DNA of 64,000 nt from a virus, in IMG/VR virus record IMGVR_UViG_3300005439_000019, positions 9,805 through 73,804 of that record; one strand, given 5' to 3'. Under the pieces are notes generated by a model. It did no database searches and had not been told where the DNA came from. It was given only the letters and a program-made list of their open reading frames with translations. Shown piece after piece: positions 32,801 through 41,559 of the stretch. Numbering within the stretch: position 1 is the first letter of the stretch; each line of letters opens with the position of its first letter. The position numbers and the translations under genes were made by a program.

Positions 32801-33600
32801 TAGTCCTCCGGGTGATAGTGGTCGGCGCTGCCCTCGAAGTGCTCTTGCGAGTGCCGGTGGGGCAGCGAGATGCGCCAGAAGTCATTAGGAACGGAAGATC
32901 CGCTATACCCGTGCTCCTCCGCCATGTGATGGTGCAGCTCGGCGTAGTCCTCATCGCTTATCGCAGCAGTGAACGCCCCGATCGGCAGTCCCGGCCCGTT
33001 GCCGCTGGAGATCCCCTCGGGGTACATCCCGACGGTGGCGGCGTTCTCGTTCTCCTTGTCGCCGCCCTGGTCCTTCGGGAGGGCCTGGTTCCACCTGTCG
33101 TCGCCCTGGCCCTCCTGCGACTCGTCATCGTAGGCGTTCGGGTCCTCGGCTCGGGGGACGGTGCCGTGCTCGGGGGCGTCGCCGGCGTCGTCCACGTGCG
33201 TGCCGTTGATGTCGGTGGCGTGGTGGAGCATGCCGAAGAAGCCCTGCGCCTCCTCGATGGCCGCCAGGCGGGCCAGGACGGGGCTCTGGCCCATCAGCGG
33301 GGGCGGTGCCTCCTCCTGGGGGCCGAGGTTGTCGCGTGCCCACTGCTGCTCTCCCGGCTCCGCCCAGTACATGCCGGTGTCGCCCTCGCCGCCGTTGTAG
33401 TCCCCGTTGCGGGCGTCGTGCTCCGCGTCGTACGCCTCGGCGGCCCGCCGCATCCCGATGACCGTGATCTGGCTGCCGGGGTCAGGCCGGTCGGTCAGGA
33501 TGTCGCCCAGCTCGGGGTAGTCGGCGGAGGCAGTGCGGTGCTGCTCCTCCGGGTCCTCGTCGTGCTCCTGGGACAGCCGGGTTGAGTGCCTCGGGGTCAT
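29863..33600 (-). CDS. giant, extremely acidic (D/E/H-rich) protein with a central SWIM-type zinc finger (1245 aa)
   Basis: ORF track. CxCx(n)CxH motif: WACGCPWASF...GRPCSHVMA. Long low-complexity HDHDDDGPDPQP tracts. Confidence 0.5.
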   Translation of the reverse strand: MTPRHSTRLSQEHDEDPEEQHRTASADYPELGDILTDRPDPGSQITVIGMRRAAEAYDAEHDARNGDYNGGEGDTGMYWAEPGEQQWARDNLGPQEEAPPPLMGQSPVLARLAAIEEAQGFFGMLHHATDINGTHVDDAGDAPEHGTVPRAEDPNAYDDESQEGQGDDRWNQALPKDQGGDKENENAATVGMYPEGISSGNGPGLPIGAFTAAISDEDYAELHHHMAEEHGYSGSSVPNDFWRISLPHRHSQEHFEGSADHYHPEDYEFDPDWEDHGGNGGYHDFIASRHEARVPWTDKERGTLHTWQESPPSSTWGDFVNSADFPLLGPGEHVVHEEPGERLGEAEAALDLPHPHDDDDSEIDQGGVEGDDGFPRVHRDAALNVHVRIDGQELKHDHDDDGPDPQPQQHEHDDPDNSLDNSRTTPDNAPDNPADKNGPEITSGQASGGGLPVTPPVTPPDGRKNPDDPGLSPDDPGHPDNWPQAGADVSETGRAYTQGSDDGKVKRGAPAPGPFSPGDGDSGGGGDQGDDPDDGDQPDDDDTPFSKDAALAMFTAAAGSPAFRFEFTAAWHDVVAKAKRIRAEGHVRITHASAGMVIGEVRGDHDTYESGIQRPVGKRMTIQYWACGCPWASFHQDKAAAARYAGRPCSHVMALQFEAQSRGMFGRSFGADAEAPAWSPQTVVVKSYPPYEGDPHAGQWREQWRAPLAHLAHREGWPYVPPVAPRDLAQHIIGHHGLDAGSVARALTRMGDPAKGDIWARAWHDAEHRNKTEHAFNHQHDAPSGLAGETRWPAAFRPEQGFSVDPYGGTPHRDFPGAERSVSLEPLPPHWSSLAPADRATVALLRAGADPGAVGALRVMAGLRATADQANSSWGSQNVSEHPTQKPYGATSPRNWDMDPGSYGFLSGPDPDNWGGIQDDSAMQMPLTNTAAHQVLVPGAPRPVPGDLHWPAVEGWQPEDQGSFGYTDRANTSGPSTSITPRDPEGIRMEEALASGTPYPFRDTVPQLDGALAELRDEPEPALPSTTGDEEIEATAAADGTIGGGSAATGQGQGAAEDIAALGEFGAARRMYLHHLAGTPMGDLARETWPQAQQPSPVGQEPGMGSGDEYLSPGDPSIQTVGNQQWSGGGADSDETAVPAGQPQGQIDDIVAAFQRSAAARGYAGDSRPAVADGDIAAAARAHLSKTADVLPQAEAEELIREGAGSRARNLDLLRLEGTHYEDADEDLGKRGISLDDYDDDVMFA

Positions 33601-33646
33601 GACGCCTCCTCAACCCTTCCCCGGTTCCCCAGGAAAGCATTGCTTA

Positions 33647-33668
33647 AATACAGGATTTCTTGATATTG
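33647..33668 (+). promoter_or_regulatory. conserved promoter/operator motif (copy 5, degenerate)
   Basis: AATACAGGATTTCTTGATATTG upstream of 33721. Confidence 0.4.
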
Positions 33669-33720
33669 TCTTGGCACGAAGACTTGCCTGTAACCCCGAG
33701 CCAGACGAGGAGCAGTGATC

Positions 33721-33975
33721 ATGCCGCACCTGATGGGCCAGGTCCTGCCGCGCGACCTGAAGCCGGGCGACGAGATCATCCGCCCCTACGGCTCCAGCCC
33801 GGAGCGCGTGAGGCTGGTGGTCAAGCGCACCCAGAGGACGCACGGCGTTATCCGGGCCGGCCACGTCACCCGGTACAAGGTGATCACCGACCGCGCCGAG
33901 CACAACCGCTTCTGGGTCGCCCCGCACGTAAGGATCGATATCTGCCTCACCCACAAGAGGCCGGAGGAGTCATGA
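33721..33975 (+). CDS. hypothetical protein
   Basis: Track ORF 33715..33975; ATG 7 nt after a GAGGAG SD. Confidence 0.4.
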   Translation: MPHLMGQVLPRDLKPGDEIIRPYGSSPERVRLVVKRTQRTHGVIRAGHVTRYKVITDRAEHNRFWVAPHVRIDICLTHKRPEES

Positions 33976-34301
33976 GCGAGCCGCTGAAGCTAAGGATCTA
34001 CATCAGGTTGATCGGCACCGATGAGCACCGGCTGCTCCGGGATGCCATCGCCGAGGCCCCCGCCGGCCACGTCACCTACGTTGACTCGCCAGAGGGCCAG
34101 GCAGCGATCGTCCCCGTGCAGGCCGCCCAGTGGTGGGAGGCATACCTCGCGGGGCTGTGCGCCATGTGCGGCCAGGGATCGCACGCTCACTGCTCCCGGT
34201 ATTCCGGCACCGAGTGCAACTGCCTGAACACCGACGTCCACCATGAGATCGAGATGGAGCGGGCGGCCCGTGCCGGGCTGCTGAGCAGGAGGCATCGGTG
34301 A
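33972..34301 (+). CDS. hypothetical Cys-rich protein
   Basis: ATGA overlap with the upstream gene; frame of track ORF 33660..34301; CAMCGQGSHAHC...CNC. Confidence 0.4.
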   Translation: MSEPLKLRIYIRLIGTDEHRLLRDAIAEAPAGHVTYVDSPEGQAAIVPVQAAQWWEAYLAGLCAMCGQGSHAHCSRYSGTECNCLNTDVHHEIEMERAARAGLLSRRHR

Positions 34302-34531
34302 CCCGGCAGTTTGAGTGGCCGCCTCTCACGGAGGAGGGCGACCGGGTGCGCAAGCACCTGATCACCGAGCACGGCGAGCTTGAGGCGGACGAGCTGAGCG
34401 ATGTCCTGGCCTTCGCCGAGCACTACTCCCAGCATTTCTCCCCGGACGGGGGGATCACCCCGGCGAAGGGGACGCAGGAGCACTCATTCGCCGACCTGTC
34501 CTACAACGCGGACCTGGACGAGGAGGCGTAG
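34298..34531 (+). CDS. hypothetical acidic protein
   Basis: ORF track; GTGA overlap with the upstream gene. Confidence 0.4.
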   Translation: MTRQFEWPPLTEEGDRVRKHLITEHGELEADELSDVLAFAEHYSQHFSPDGGITPAKGTQEHSFADLSYNADLDEEA

Positions 34532-34535
34532 GCCG

Positions 34536-34952
34536 GTGCCTTACGCGATTGCCGGCGTGGTCGTCTTCGTCCTGCTCGTGGCCGGGGGCGTCGAGCTTGA
34601 CGACCTTATGCACGAGTACCCCGGCCAGTTCTACATGGGCGTCTTCGCCACACTGTTCATCGCCGTGGGCTGCGGCACCGCGCTGCTGCGCAGGGCCGCC
34701 AGGGGCGGGCACCAGGTGCCGCTCGTACGGGAGCTGCCTCCCCTGCCGAAGGCGATCCAGGCGGTGCCGGTCATGACCGCCGCCGCCGTGACGGCGGGGC
34801 CGCAGGAAGAGGTGGAGTGCGAGCGCCAGGACTGCGACCACAGGGTGGTCCCCAAGGCAGCCTGGGGCGTCCGGCTGGAGGGCGAGGCGAGGGAGCACCT
34901 GTTCTGCTCGGAGTGGTGCGCCCAGGCGTGGGACTCCGCCAGGGTGTCCTAG
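34536..34952 (+). CDS. membrane protein with C-terminal Cys/His cluster
   Basis: Frame of track ORF 34401..34952 from the GTG after GAGGAGG; two TM helices. Confidence 0.4.
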   Translation: MPYAIAGVVVFVLLVAGGVELDDLMHEYPGQFYMGVFATLFIAVGCGTALLRRAARGGHQVPLVRELPPLPKAIQAVPVMTAAAVTAGPQEEVECERQDCDHRVVPKAAWGVRLEGEAREHLFCSEWCAQAWDSARVS

Positions 34953-37900
34953 CCGGGCGCTCCCGCGTAGACGCGGCGCTGTGCCTCCTGGAAGGCGGTG
35001 TAGGCGAGGTCGGCGTCGCGCTCGGCGTCGTAGGCCTGGGCGTAGAGGAAGCCCGCCGACCCGTCGGTGCCGCCGGCCTGCCGCATCATCTTGTAGTTCG
35101 ACAGCTTCTGGTCGGCGATGATCTTCAGTGCCAGGTAGGAGGACCAGAGAGCCTCAAGGTCCGGGCCGGCCGTCGCCGACGCGGCGAGCAGCGGCGTGCC
35201 GGACAGCGCGGCCTGGCCGAACCGGGTGAACGCGGTGGCGTACAGCACCGGGAGCGCGTGCAGGGAGGCCGCCCCCTGGATGGGGATTTCCCCGGCGGCC
35301 GTCATCGTGCCCGGCGCGGCCAGGTGAGCTGTCCCGTTCTTCCCACGGGTCCCCTGGGCGTGCAGGATCGCGGCGGCAAGCAGCCCGGCAGTGAAGTGGA
35401 GGACACGGTGGCCGGCGGGGTGAAGCGCCCCCGAGCCGGACAGCGCGGCCGTGCCGGGCACCGTCCGGACGTGCCCGGCGAAGATCGTCCCGGACCCGGA
35501 GAGCGGCGCGACGGGGTTCTTGGCGACGGAGGGGGTGCCGCCGAAGGTCCCGATCCCCGACAGGGAGGCACCGGACGGGATGTTCTTCCGGGAGACGGCG
35601 GCCAGGGTGCCCGACCCTGACAGCGGGGCGTGGCCCTCGTGCCCGATGACGGCGGCGGAAGCAAGGGAGCCGGGTGCCGACATGGCGGCGGACGCGGCGT
35701 GCCCGTGGACCGGCGGGGCGGTCAGGGTCCCGGACCCGGAGAAGGCGACGACGCCCGGGACGAACTTCCTGCCGGCGGCGGTGAAGGTGCCGGACCCCGA
35801 CAGCGGGGCGAACCCCGCGAAGGTCATGATGAAGACGGCCGTGAGGGAGCCCGAGCCCGACAGCGCCGCTGCACCGGGCGAGATGACCAGCGCAGCGCCC
35901 CCGATGGACCCCGAGCCCGACATCGCTGCGGTACCCGGGACCAGCTTCTGGCCGGTGCCGGAGGCGGTGCCCGAGCCGGACAGGGAGACGGCGGCCTGGA
36001 CCAGCACCAGGGCCTGGCCGCTGAGGGTCCCTGAGCCGTCCAGGGCGATGACGCGCGAGAAGGCGACCAGGGCGGCTGCGGTGATGGTGCCCTGGCCGTC
36101 GAGGGGAGCGGCCCCGGGGACCAGCTTCTGGCCCGCTGCGGTGAACGTGCCGGAGCCGTTAAGTGCCGCCGCGCCTGATATGAACCCGCCCTCGACTGCC
36201 GTGATGCTGCCGGAGCCGTCCAGGGCTGCGGCACCGGGAACCGTCTTCTGCCCTGTGGCGGTGAAGCTCCCGGACCCCGACAGGACGGCGGTGCCGCCCG
36301 GGATGATGATCGTCGGCGGTGCCGTCAGGGTGCCCGAGCCGGACATCGCCGACGCGCCCGGGACCTGCTTCTGCCCGGTCGCGGTGACCGTCCCCTGGCC
36401 GTCGAGGGCCGCCGCGCCGGGGACGCTCTTCTGGCCCGTTGAGGTGATGACGCCCGAGCCCGACATGGAGGACGCGCCGGGCACCTGCTTCTGCCCGGTC
36501 GCGGTGAAAGTGCCCGAGCCGGACATCGAGGACGCAGCCGGGACGATGACCGTCGGGGGTGCCGTGACGGTTCCGGAGCCGGAGAGGGCGGCTGCTCCGG
36601 GAACCTGCTTCTGGGCGGTGGCCGCGATGGTCCCCGAGCCCGACAGGGAGGCGGCCCCGGCGAGCACCCCGGCGGCGGTGAGCGTCCCCGAGCCCGACAT
36701 CGCTGCGGTACCCGGGACCAGCTTCTGGCCGGTCGCGGTGAACGTCCCCGAGCCGGACAGGGCGGCCGAGCCGAAGGCGAAGATGGCGAAGGACCCGGTG
36801 AATGTCCCGATACCCGACAGGGAGGACGAGCCGGGAACCTGCTTCTGGGCGGTGGCAGTGATCGTGCCGGAGCCCGTGAGGGCTGCCGATCCCGCCAGGA
36901 CCCCGGCAGCGGTGAAAGTGCCCGAGCCGGACATCGCCGACGCGCCGGGGACAGTCTTCTGGCCCGTAGCCGTGAAGGTGCCGGACCCTGCCAGGGCGGC
37001 GCTGCCCGCGAAGACCCCGGCCGCCGTGATAGTCCCTGACCCGGTGAGGGCGGCAGCACCGGGCACCGTCTTCTGGCCGGCGGCGGTGATAGCACCCGAG
37101 CCTGACAGGGAGGCCGTGCCGGCGTGCGTGACGGTTGCCTTGAACGTCGCGGCGACGGCAGTGTAGTCGGCGGCCGTCGTCTGCGTCCCGGAGTAGGTGA
37201 CAGCCCCCGTGCTGGTCAGCACCTGGTAGCCGGCGACCAGGCCCATGACCCCGCCGGGCGAGTTCTGCTGCGCCAGGTTGAACCACGGGCTCGACGGCCC
37301 GCTGATCGTGCCGATGGACGGGCTGGCGAAGGCCCCCACCGCCCCGATGGCGACCTCGGAGGCCTGGGTGGTCGCCGCCGTCGCCCCGGAGGACCAGGAG
37401 GTAACCGTGGTGTCGCTGATCCCGCTGGAGGTCTTGTCGGGGGTAGCGGTGTTGGCCAAGCCGAACCACTCCATGACCGTGACCATGAGGGCGGCCCCGG
37501 TGCCCGAGGACGTGAAGGTAATGGAGAGCGCCGTCTGGCCGCCGGCGCAGTTGGGGTCAGCCCAGATCGCCGTCGTCATGAAATCAGAGGAGACGTTCCC
37601 GGCGGTGAGCGACTGCGCGAAGTTGTCGGCGCTGCCGCCGAGGGTGATCCCGGTGACGCTCGGGTTGTTGGTGCCCGCGTCCCCGGTGACGCACACGATC
37701 AGGCAGTTGCCGGAGGTCGTCGTCCAGGGCAGGGTTATGGATACCGGCGATGCAGCGCCGTTGCCCGTCACCGACTGGACGAGCGACGGCTTCCCCTGGA
37801 TGCCCCCGGTCGCCCTGATCGTGCCGGAGCCCGACAGGGAGGCGGTACCGCTGTGAGTGGTGCCCACGGCTTTGAACGTGGCGATGAGGGCCGCACCGTC

Positions 37901-38521
37901 AGATGACGAGGCGAACGTTCCCGCGTAGGACGGCGTGCCCGTCGCGGAAAGCACGTTGTAGCCGACGAGCAGGCCCACGTGCGTGCTGGCGCTGGTGACC
38001 TGGGTGAGGTTGGTCCACGGGGACGACGGCCCGGTGATGGTCCCGACGCCGCTGCCGTTGAAGGTGCCGACCGCGCCGATCGCGACCTCGGACGCCTGGG
38101 TGGTCGTTGCCGTGGTACCCGACGACCAGGAGGTGATAGCCGATGCGACGTTCCCGGCTGTCTTATCCACGGGCGTCGTGGTGGCGATCCCCGACCATTC
38201 CATGACGATCACGTCGACCGACCCGGAGGCGGCGCTGACCGTGACCACGACGGAGGTCTGCCCGCCGGCGCAGTTCGGGTCGGACCAGAGGTACACCGAC
38301 TCGCTGTCAACGGACGGGTTCCCGGCCGTGGCCGACTGCGCGAAGTTGCCGGCCGAGCCGCCGAGGGTGATCCCGCTGACCGTGGGGTTCGTCGGAGACG
38401 ACGAGGTGACGACGGCAACGACCAGGCAGTTACCTGCCGTCGTGCTCGACGTCAGGGTAACGGTCACCGTTGTCACGGAGGCCGCTGTCGCTGACTTCGA
38501 CTGGACAAGCGACGGGGCCAC
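34949..38521 (-). CDS. fibre-like protein (1190 aa): duplicated ~230-aa N-terminal domain plus ~36 tandem 17-aa repeats
   Basis: ORF track. Two N-terminal copies of a domain (..NCLVVAVVTSSSPTNPTVSGITLGGSAGNFAQS..DPNCAGGQT..), then 17-aa repeats of consensus A-A-L-S-G-S-G-T-I-T-A-x-G-Q-K-x-V-P-G. Homologous repeats occur in 11060..13162. Confidence 0.55.
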   Translation of the reverse strand: MAPSLVQSKSATAASVTTVTVTLTSSTTAGNCLVVAVVTSSSPTNPTVSGITLGGSAGNFAQSATAGNPSVDSESVYLWSDPNCAGGQTSVVVTVSAASGSVDVIVMEWSGIATTTPVDKTAGNVASAITSWSSGTTATTTQASEVAIGAVGTFNGSGVGTITGPSSPWTNLTQVTSASTHVGLLVGYNVLSATGTPSYAGTFASSSDGAALIATFKAVGTTHSGTASLSGSGTIRATGGIQGKPSLVQSVTGNGAASPVSITLPWTTTSGNCLIVCVTGDAGTNNPSVTGITLGGSADNFAQSLTAGNVSSDFMTTAIWADPNCAGGQTALSITFTSSGTGAALMVTVMEWFGLANTATPDKTSSGISDTTVTSWSSGATAATTQASEVAIGAVGAFASPSIGTISGPSSPWFNLAQQNSPGGVMGLVAGYQVLTSTGAVTYSGTQTTAADYTAVAATFKATVTHAGTASLSGSGAITAAGQKTVPGAAALTGSGTITAAGVFAGSAALAGSGTFTATGQKTVPGASAMSGSGTFTAAGVLAGSAALTGSGTITATAQKQVPGSSSLSGIGTFTGSFAIFAFGSAALSGSGTFTATGQKLVPGTAAMSGSGTLTAAGVLAGAASLSGSGTIAATAQKQVPGAAALSGSGTVTAPPTVIVPAASSMSGSGTFTATGQKQVPGASSMSGSGVITSTGQKSVPGAAALDGQGTVTATGQKQVPGASAMSGSGTLTAPPTIIIPGGTAVLSGSGSFTATGQKTVPGAAALDGSGSITAVEGGFISGAAALNGSGTFTAAGQKLVPGAAPLDGQGTITAAALVAFSRVIALDGSGTLSGQALVLVQAAVSLSGSGTASGTGQKLVPGTAAMSGSGSIGGAALVISPGAAALSGSGSLTAVFIMTFAGFAPLSGSGTFTAAGRKFVPGVVAFSGSGTLTAPPVHGHAASAAMSAPGSLASAAVIGHEGHAPLSGSGTLAAVSRKNIPSGASLSGIGTFGGTPSVAKNPVAPLSGSGTIFAGHVRTVPGTAALSGSGALHPAGHRVLHFTAGLLAAAILHAQGTRGKNGTAHLAAPGTMTAAGEIPIQGAASLHALPVLYATAFTRFGQAALSGTPLLAASATAGPDLEALWSSYLALKIIADQKLSNYKMMRQAGGTDGSAGFLYAQAYDAERDADLAYTAFQEAQRRVYAGAPG
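35250..37100 (-). repeat. ~36 tandem copies of a 51-bp coding repeat (17-aa SGSGT repeat)
   Basis: Repeated SLSGSGTITA-GQK-VPGAAA units across aa ~475-1090 of the ORF 34949..38521 translation. Confidence 0.55.
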
Positions 38522-38597
38522 GGGCGCGCCTCCCTCCTATGAGGCCCGCGTGCGGCCGGGCGGTCCTAGCGCCGCGCCGCGTTCCTGGGCGACGCGG

Positions 38598-39011
38598 TTA
38601 CCAGACGCTTGCGTCGCAGGTCACGGCCCCGGAGGCGAACTGAACCGTGTCACCGTTCGCGACCCCGGTGATATTGGCGGTCAGAGCGCCCTGGAACCAG
38701 CGGAGCGGGGTGCCTGCGGTGTCCCAGATCTCGACTGAGGTGATGGTCGTCCAGGAGCCGGTCGCCGTCCACGACGGGGTGTTAGACGAGGTGGACACGC
38801 CGGAGGAGTTCGCGCCAAAGGTGATCGCTACGCCGCCGGCGGTGTAGCCGGGGCAGTTACCTGAGGTGGCCTCGGTGCCGTTGGAGGTGTTGGACCCCTG
38901 GGCGGTCATCAGCCGCAGGTGCAGGGCGGTCGGGTAGGTCGGGGCGGACCCGCCGTGCAGGATCGCGTCCATGATGGACGCGGCGCGGGTCCGGTCGGTC
39001 ATCGATGCCAT
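38598..39011 (-). CDS. hypothetical structural (tail-fibre-associated?) protein
   Basis: ORF track; Thr/Ser/Gly-rich. Confidence 0.4.
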   Translation of the reverse strand: MASMTDRTRAASIMDAILHGGSAPTYPTALHLRLMTAQGSNTSNGTEATSGNCPGYTAGGVAITFGANSSGVSTSSNTPSWTATGSWTTITSVEIWDTAGTPLRWFQGALTANITGVANGDTVQFASGAVTCDASVW

Positions 39012-39012
39012 G

Positions 39013-39219
39013 TCAGGAAACCTCCGCGCTGAAGCCGGCCAGGATGATGGTCACGGGGCGGCAGGGGATTCCGGTTTCCCTGTTCGCCTGCCCGTGGTTG
39101 TGGGGCTGCGTGCAGCACTTGCAGCCCGCCGCGTCCAGCGCGTCGTGGATGTCCACGTCATCGGAGGTGACGGCGGCGACCGCCGTGCACTCCTTGTTCA
39201 CGCACTGCACCAGGTGCAT
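39013..39219 (-). CDS. small Cys-rich protein (68 aa)
   Basis: Own translation MHLVQCVNKECTAVAAV...CKCCTQPH (tail of track ORF 39013..40065); high GC3. Confidence 0.4.
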   Translation of the reverse strand: MHLVQCVNKECTAVAAVTSDDVDIHDALDAAGCKCCTQPHNHGQANRETGIPCRPVTIILAGFSAEVS

Positions 39220-39230
39220 GCCGGTCCTCC

Positions 39231-41507
39231 TCACCCCCGCGCGGGGGCGTAGCTCTCGTAATCCACCAGGTCGCCGTCGTCCTCGGTCACGCCGAGGCGC
39301 GAGCGGATTCCGACGTGCGGCGGGTCCTGGTAGCCCCGGATCGACGGGCCGGAGAACCAGGTGCCCTGTCCCTTCTGGGCCTGCGCCTCGCTTTCTGCCT
39401 GGTGCGCCGCGAGGACGGGCAGGCCGTCGCTCCCGGAGGCGGCGATATCCCCCTCCAGGGCGGCCTCGTTGACGGCACGGGCCAGGGCTGCCATGCGGCG
39501 CACCCGGTCGGAGCGGCGCATCAGCGCCCCCTGCTTCGGCATGCCGCGCTTGCCGGCCTTCGGCATCGGGCCGCGCTGCTCGGAGGACTCCGGCGGTACC
39601 TGCGGCATGCCGCCCGCGTCCTCTCCGGCGATCTCGCCCTCGCTCGGGGCGTTGACCGGGCCGCCCGCCTGGGCCTCCATCTCCTCGGCCATCTGCTGGT
39701 CCTCGGGGGTGGGCGCGAGGTCCGGCAGGGGCAGCGGCTGGACGCCCATCCGGTCGATCATCATCTGCTGGGCGGCCAGGGCCGGGGGAACGCCCTCCAC
39801 CTGGGCGACGGGGGAGAAGTCGGCCATGAGGTCCGGCGGGACGGGCAGGCCCTGGTTGCGCAGCTCGACGAACGCCTGGCGGCGGGTGCGGGCCTGGGCG
39901 ATGATGTCGGCGACCGCCTCGTCCTGGCTCTGCTCGCGCTCCTCGTCCAGGTCGACCCCGAGCCCCCGCGTGCGCGTGCGAGCGGAGATCGGGATGCCGG
40001 AGGCGCGCAGCGCCTCGGTGAACTGGCGGGTGATGTCCTCGTCCCGGAAGTTGAGGACCTGGCACTTGAGGTCGGGCACCAGGAGCTTGGGCTGCTCGGT
40101 GATCCGCTTCTCGCCGGTCTCCTCGTCGGTCTCCAGGACCTCCTCCATGATCACGAAGCGGCGGCCGGAGCGCTCCTCGTAGTCATAGTGTTCCTGCGCT
40201 TCAGCAACAATGAGCATCCGCTTGCGCATGTGCCTCATGAGCATCTGCTGGTAGGTGGTCATGAGCTGCTCGACGAGCTGCTTGTTGAGCGCGTCGGCGG
40301 CGTACGTCTGCCCCTCGCCCGCCCCGGTGAGGAACGTCCTGGACAGGCCGAACACCTGGAGAACCCGGTCCTCGATCCGCTCGAAGTCCATGCTCAGGTC
40401 AGGCATGTTCTCCCGGCCGAACACCGGCTCGATCTCCACCGCGAAGTTGTGGATCAGCGCCCGGAAGTCGCCCGCGAGGGCGGCGTCCAGCGCCATCTCG
40501 AAGTTCTCCAGGTCATCGTCGGTGGGAATCCACGGGACGCTGGTGCCGAGGTCGGTGGCGGACGCGCCGAGCTTGCACAGGATCAGCGGGGTGTAGAGCC
40601 GGTCGGCGATCGAGTCGAGCGCGGTGTTGAGCATCTCCTGCTGGAGCATGGAGCGCATCGCCCGGGTGAGCAGCGGCAGGCCCCGCAGGCTGAAGGTGTC
40701 GCCCTTGAACCGGAGCTGGCGCAGCAGGATGTTGCTGACCGGCATGAATGCGTTCTCGGCGGTGTAGGCGGCCAGCTCCGGGTACTCCTGGACCAGCCGG
40801 TTGTACTCCCAGGCCGGCTGGCGGGTGGTGAGGATCTGCCGGATCGTCCACGGCAGCCGGGTGAAGTACCGGGGCTCCTTCAGGAACGGGCTGCGCTCCA
40901 CCTTGATGTCGTCGGCGTTGAGCAGCTCCTCGTCGTCCCAGATGCCCAGGTCCTCGTTGAACGTGGCGAACGGCCACGCCTCCCCGGTGATGTAGTACTC
41001 GCGGCCGATGTCGACGAGGAACTCGCCGTAGTCAAGGCCGTCGTCGCCGAAGAACAGGTCCTGGTAGAAGTCGGTGAGCCGCTGGTCCTTGCACTCCAGG
41101 TGCGCCCCGACGACAGGGAACTTGCTGAAGATGTCGACGCAGGAGCCGACGATCGGGTCGGTCTGGTAGAGCAGCCGGCAGAACGCCCGGACCTTCGCCA
41201 GCTCCTCGTTCTGGGAGAAGTCGTAGGGGAGGTTGTTCTGCCGCCAGTAGAACAGCGGGTCCCTGGGCCGTCCGGTGGCGAACTGGATGTCGGAGAAGCC
41301 AGACCCCCCGGCTCCCCCGGCCGTGTAGGCGGTGCGGCGGCCGACGGACGCCTGCCGGGCGTTGATCCGCCGGTTCTTGCGGGCCTCGGCGACCTCGGGG
41401 CTCATCTGCTCGGAGCTGAGCGCACCGACGCCCATCGTCCGGCCGAGCTGCCTGGCTACTGACGCCTGCCGGGCGGTGCCCGACCCCGGCCTGTACGCGA
41501 CTCGCAT
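39231..41507 (-). CDS. portal (head-tail connector)-like protein, 758 aa
   Basis: ORF track. Size, head-module context and an acidic C-terminal tail. No recognisable ATPase motifs. Family resemblance only. Confidence 0.45.
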   Translation of the reverse strand: MRVAYRPGSGTARQASVARQLGRTMGVGALSSEQMSPEVAEARKNRRINARQASVGRRTAYTAGGAGGSGFSDIQFATGRPRDPLFYWRQNNLPYDFSQNEELAKVRAFCRLLYQTDPIVGSCVDIFSKFPVVGAHLECKDQRLTDFYQDLFFGDDGLDYGEFLVDIGREYYITGEAWPFATFNEDLGIWDDEELLNADDIKVERSPFLKEPRYFTRLPWTIRQILTTRQPAWEYNRLVQEYPELAAYTAENAFMPVSNILLRQLRFKGDTFSLRGLPLLTRAMRSMLQQEMLNTALDSIADRLYTPLILCKLGASATDLGTSVPWIPTDDDLENFEMALDAALAGDFRALIHNFAVEIEPVFGRENMPDLSMDFERIEDRVLQVFGLSRTFLTGAGEGQTYAADALNKQLVEQLMTTYQQMLMRHMRKRMLIVAEAQEHYDYEERSGRRFVIMEEVLETDEETGEKRITEQPKLLVPDLKCQVLNFRDEDITRQFTEALRASGIPISARTRTRGLGVDLDEEREQSQDEAVADIIAQARTRRQAFVELRNQGLPVPPDLMADFSPVAQVEGVPPALAAQQMMIDRMGVQPLPLPDLAPTPEDQQMAEEMEAQAGGPVNAPSEGEIAGEDAGGMPQVPPESSEQRGPMPKAGKRGMPKQGALMRRSDRVRRMAALARAVNEAALEGDIAASGSDGLPVLAAHQAESEAQAQKGQGTWFSGPSIRGYQDPPHVGIRSRLGVTEDDGDLVDYESYAPARG

Positions 41508-41559
41508 CTGACCTCCTACCCCTTCCGGGGAGGAGGTCAGGAGGTCAGGTCAACTGCCT

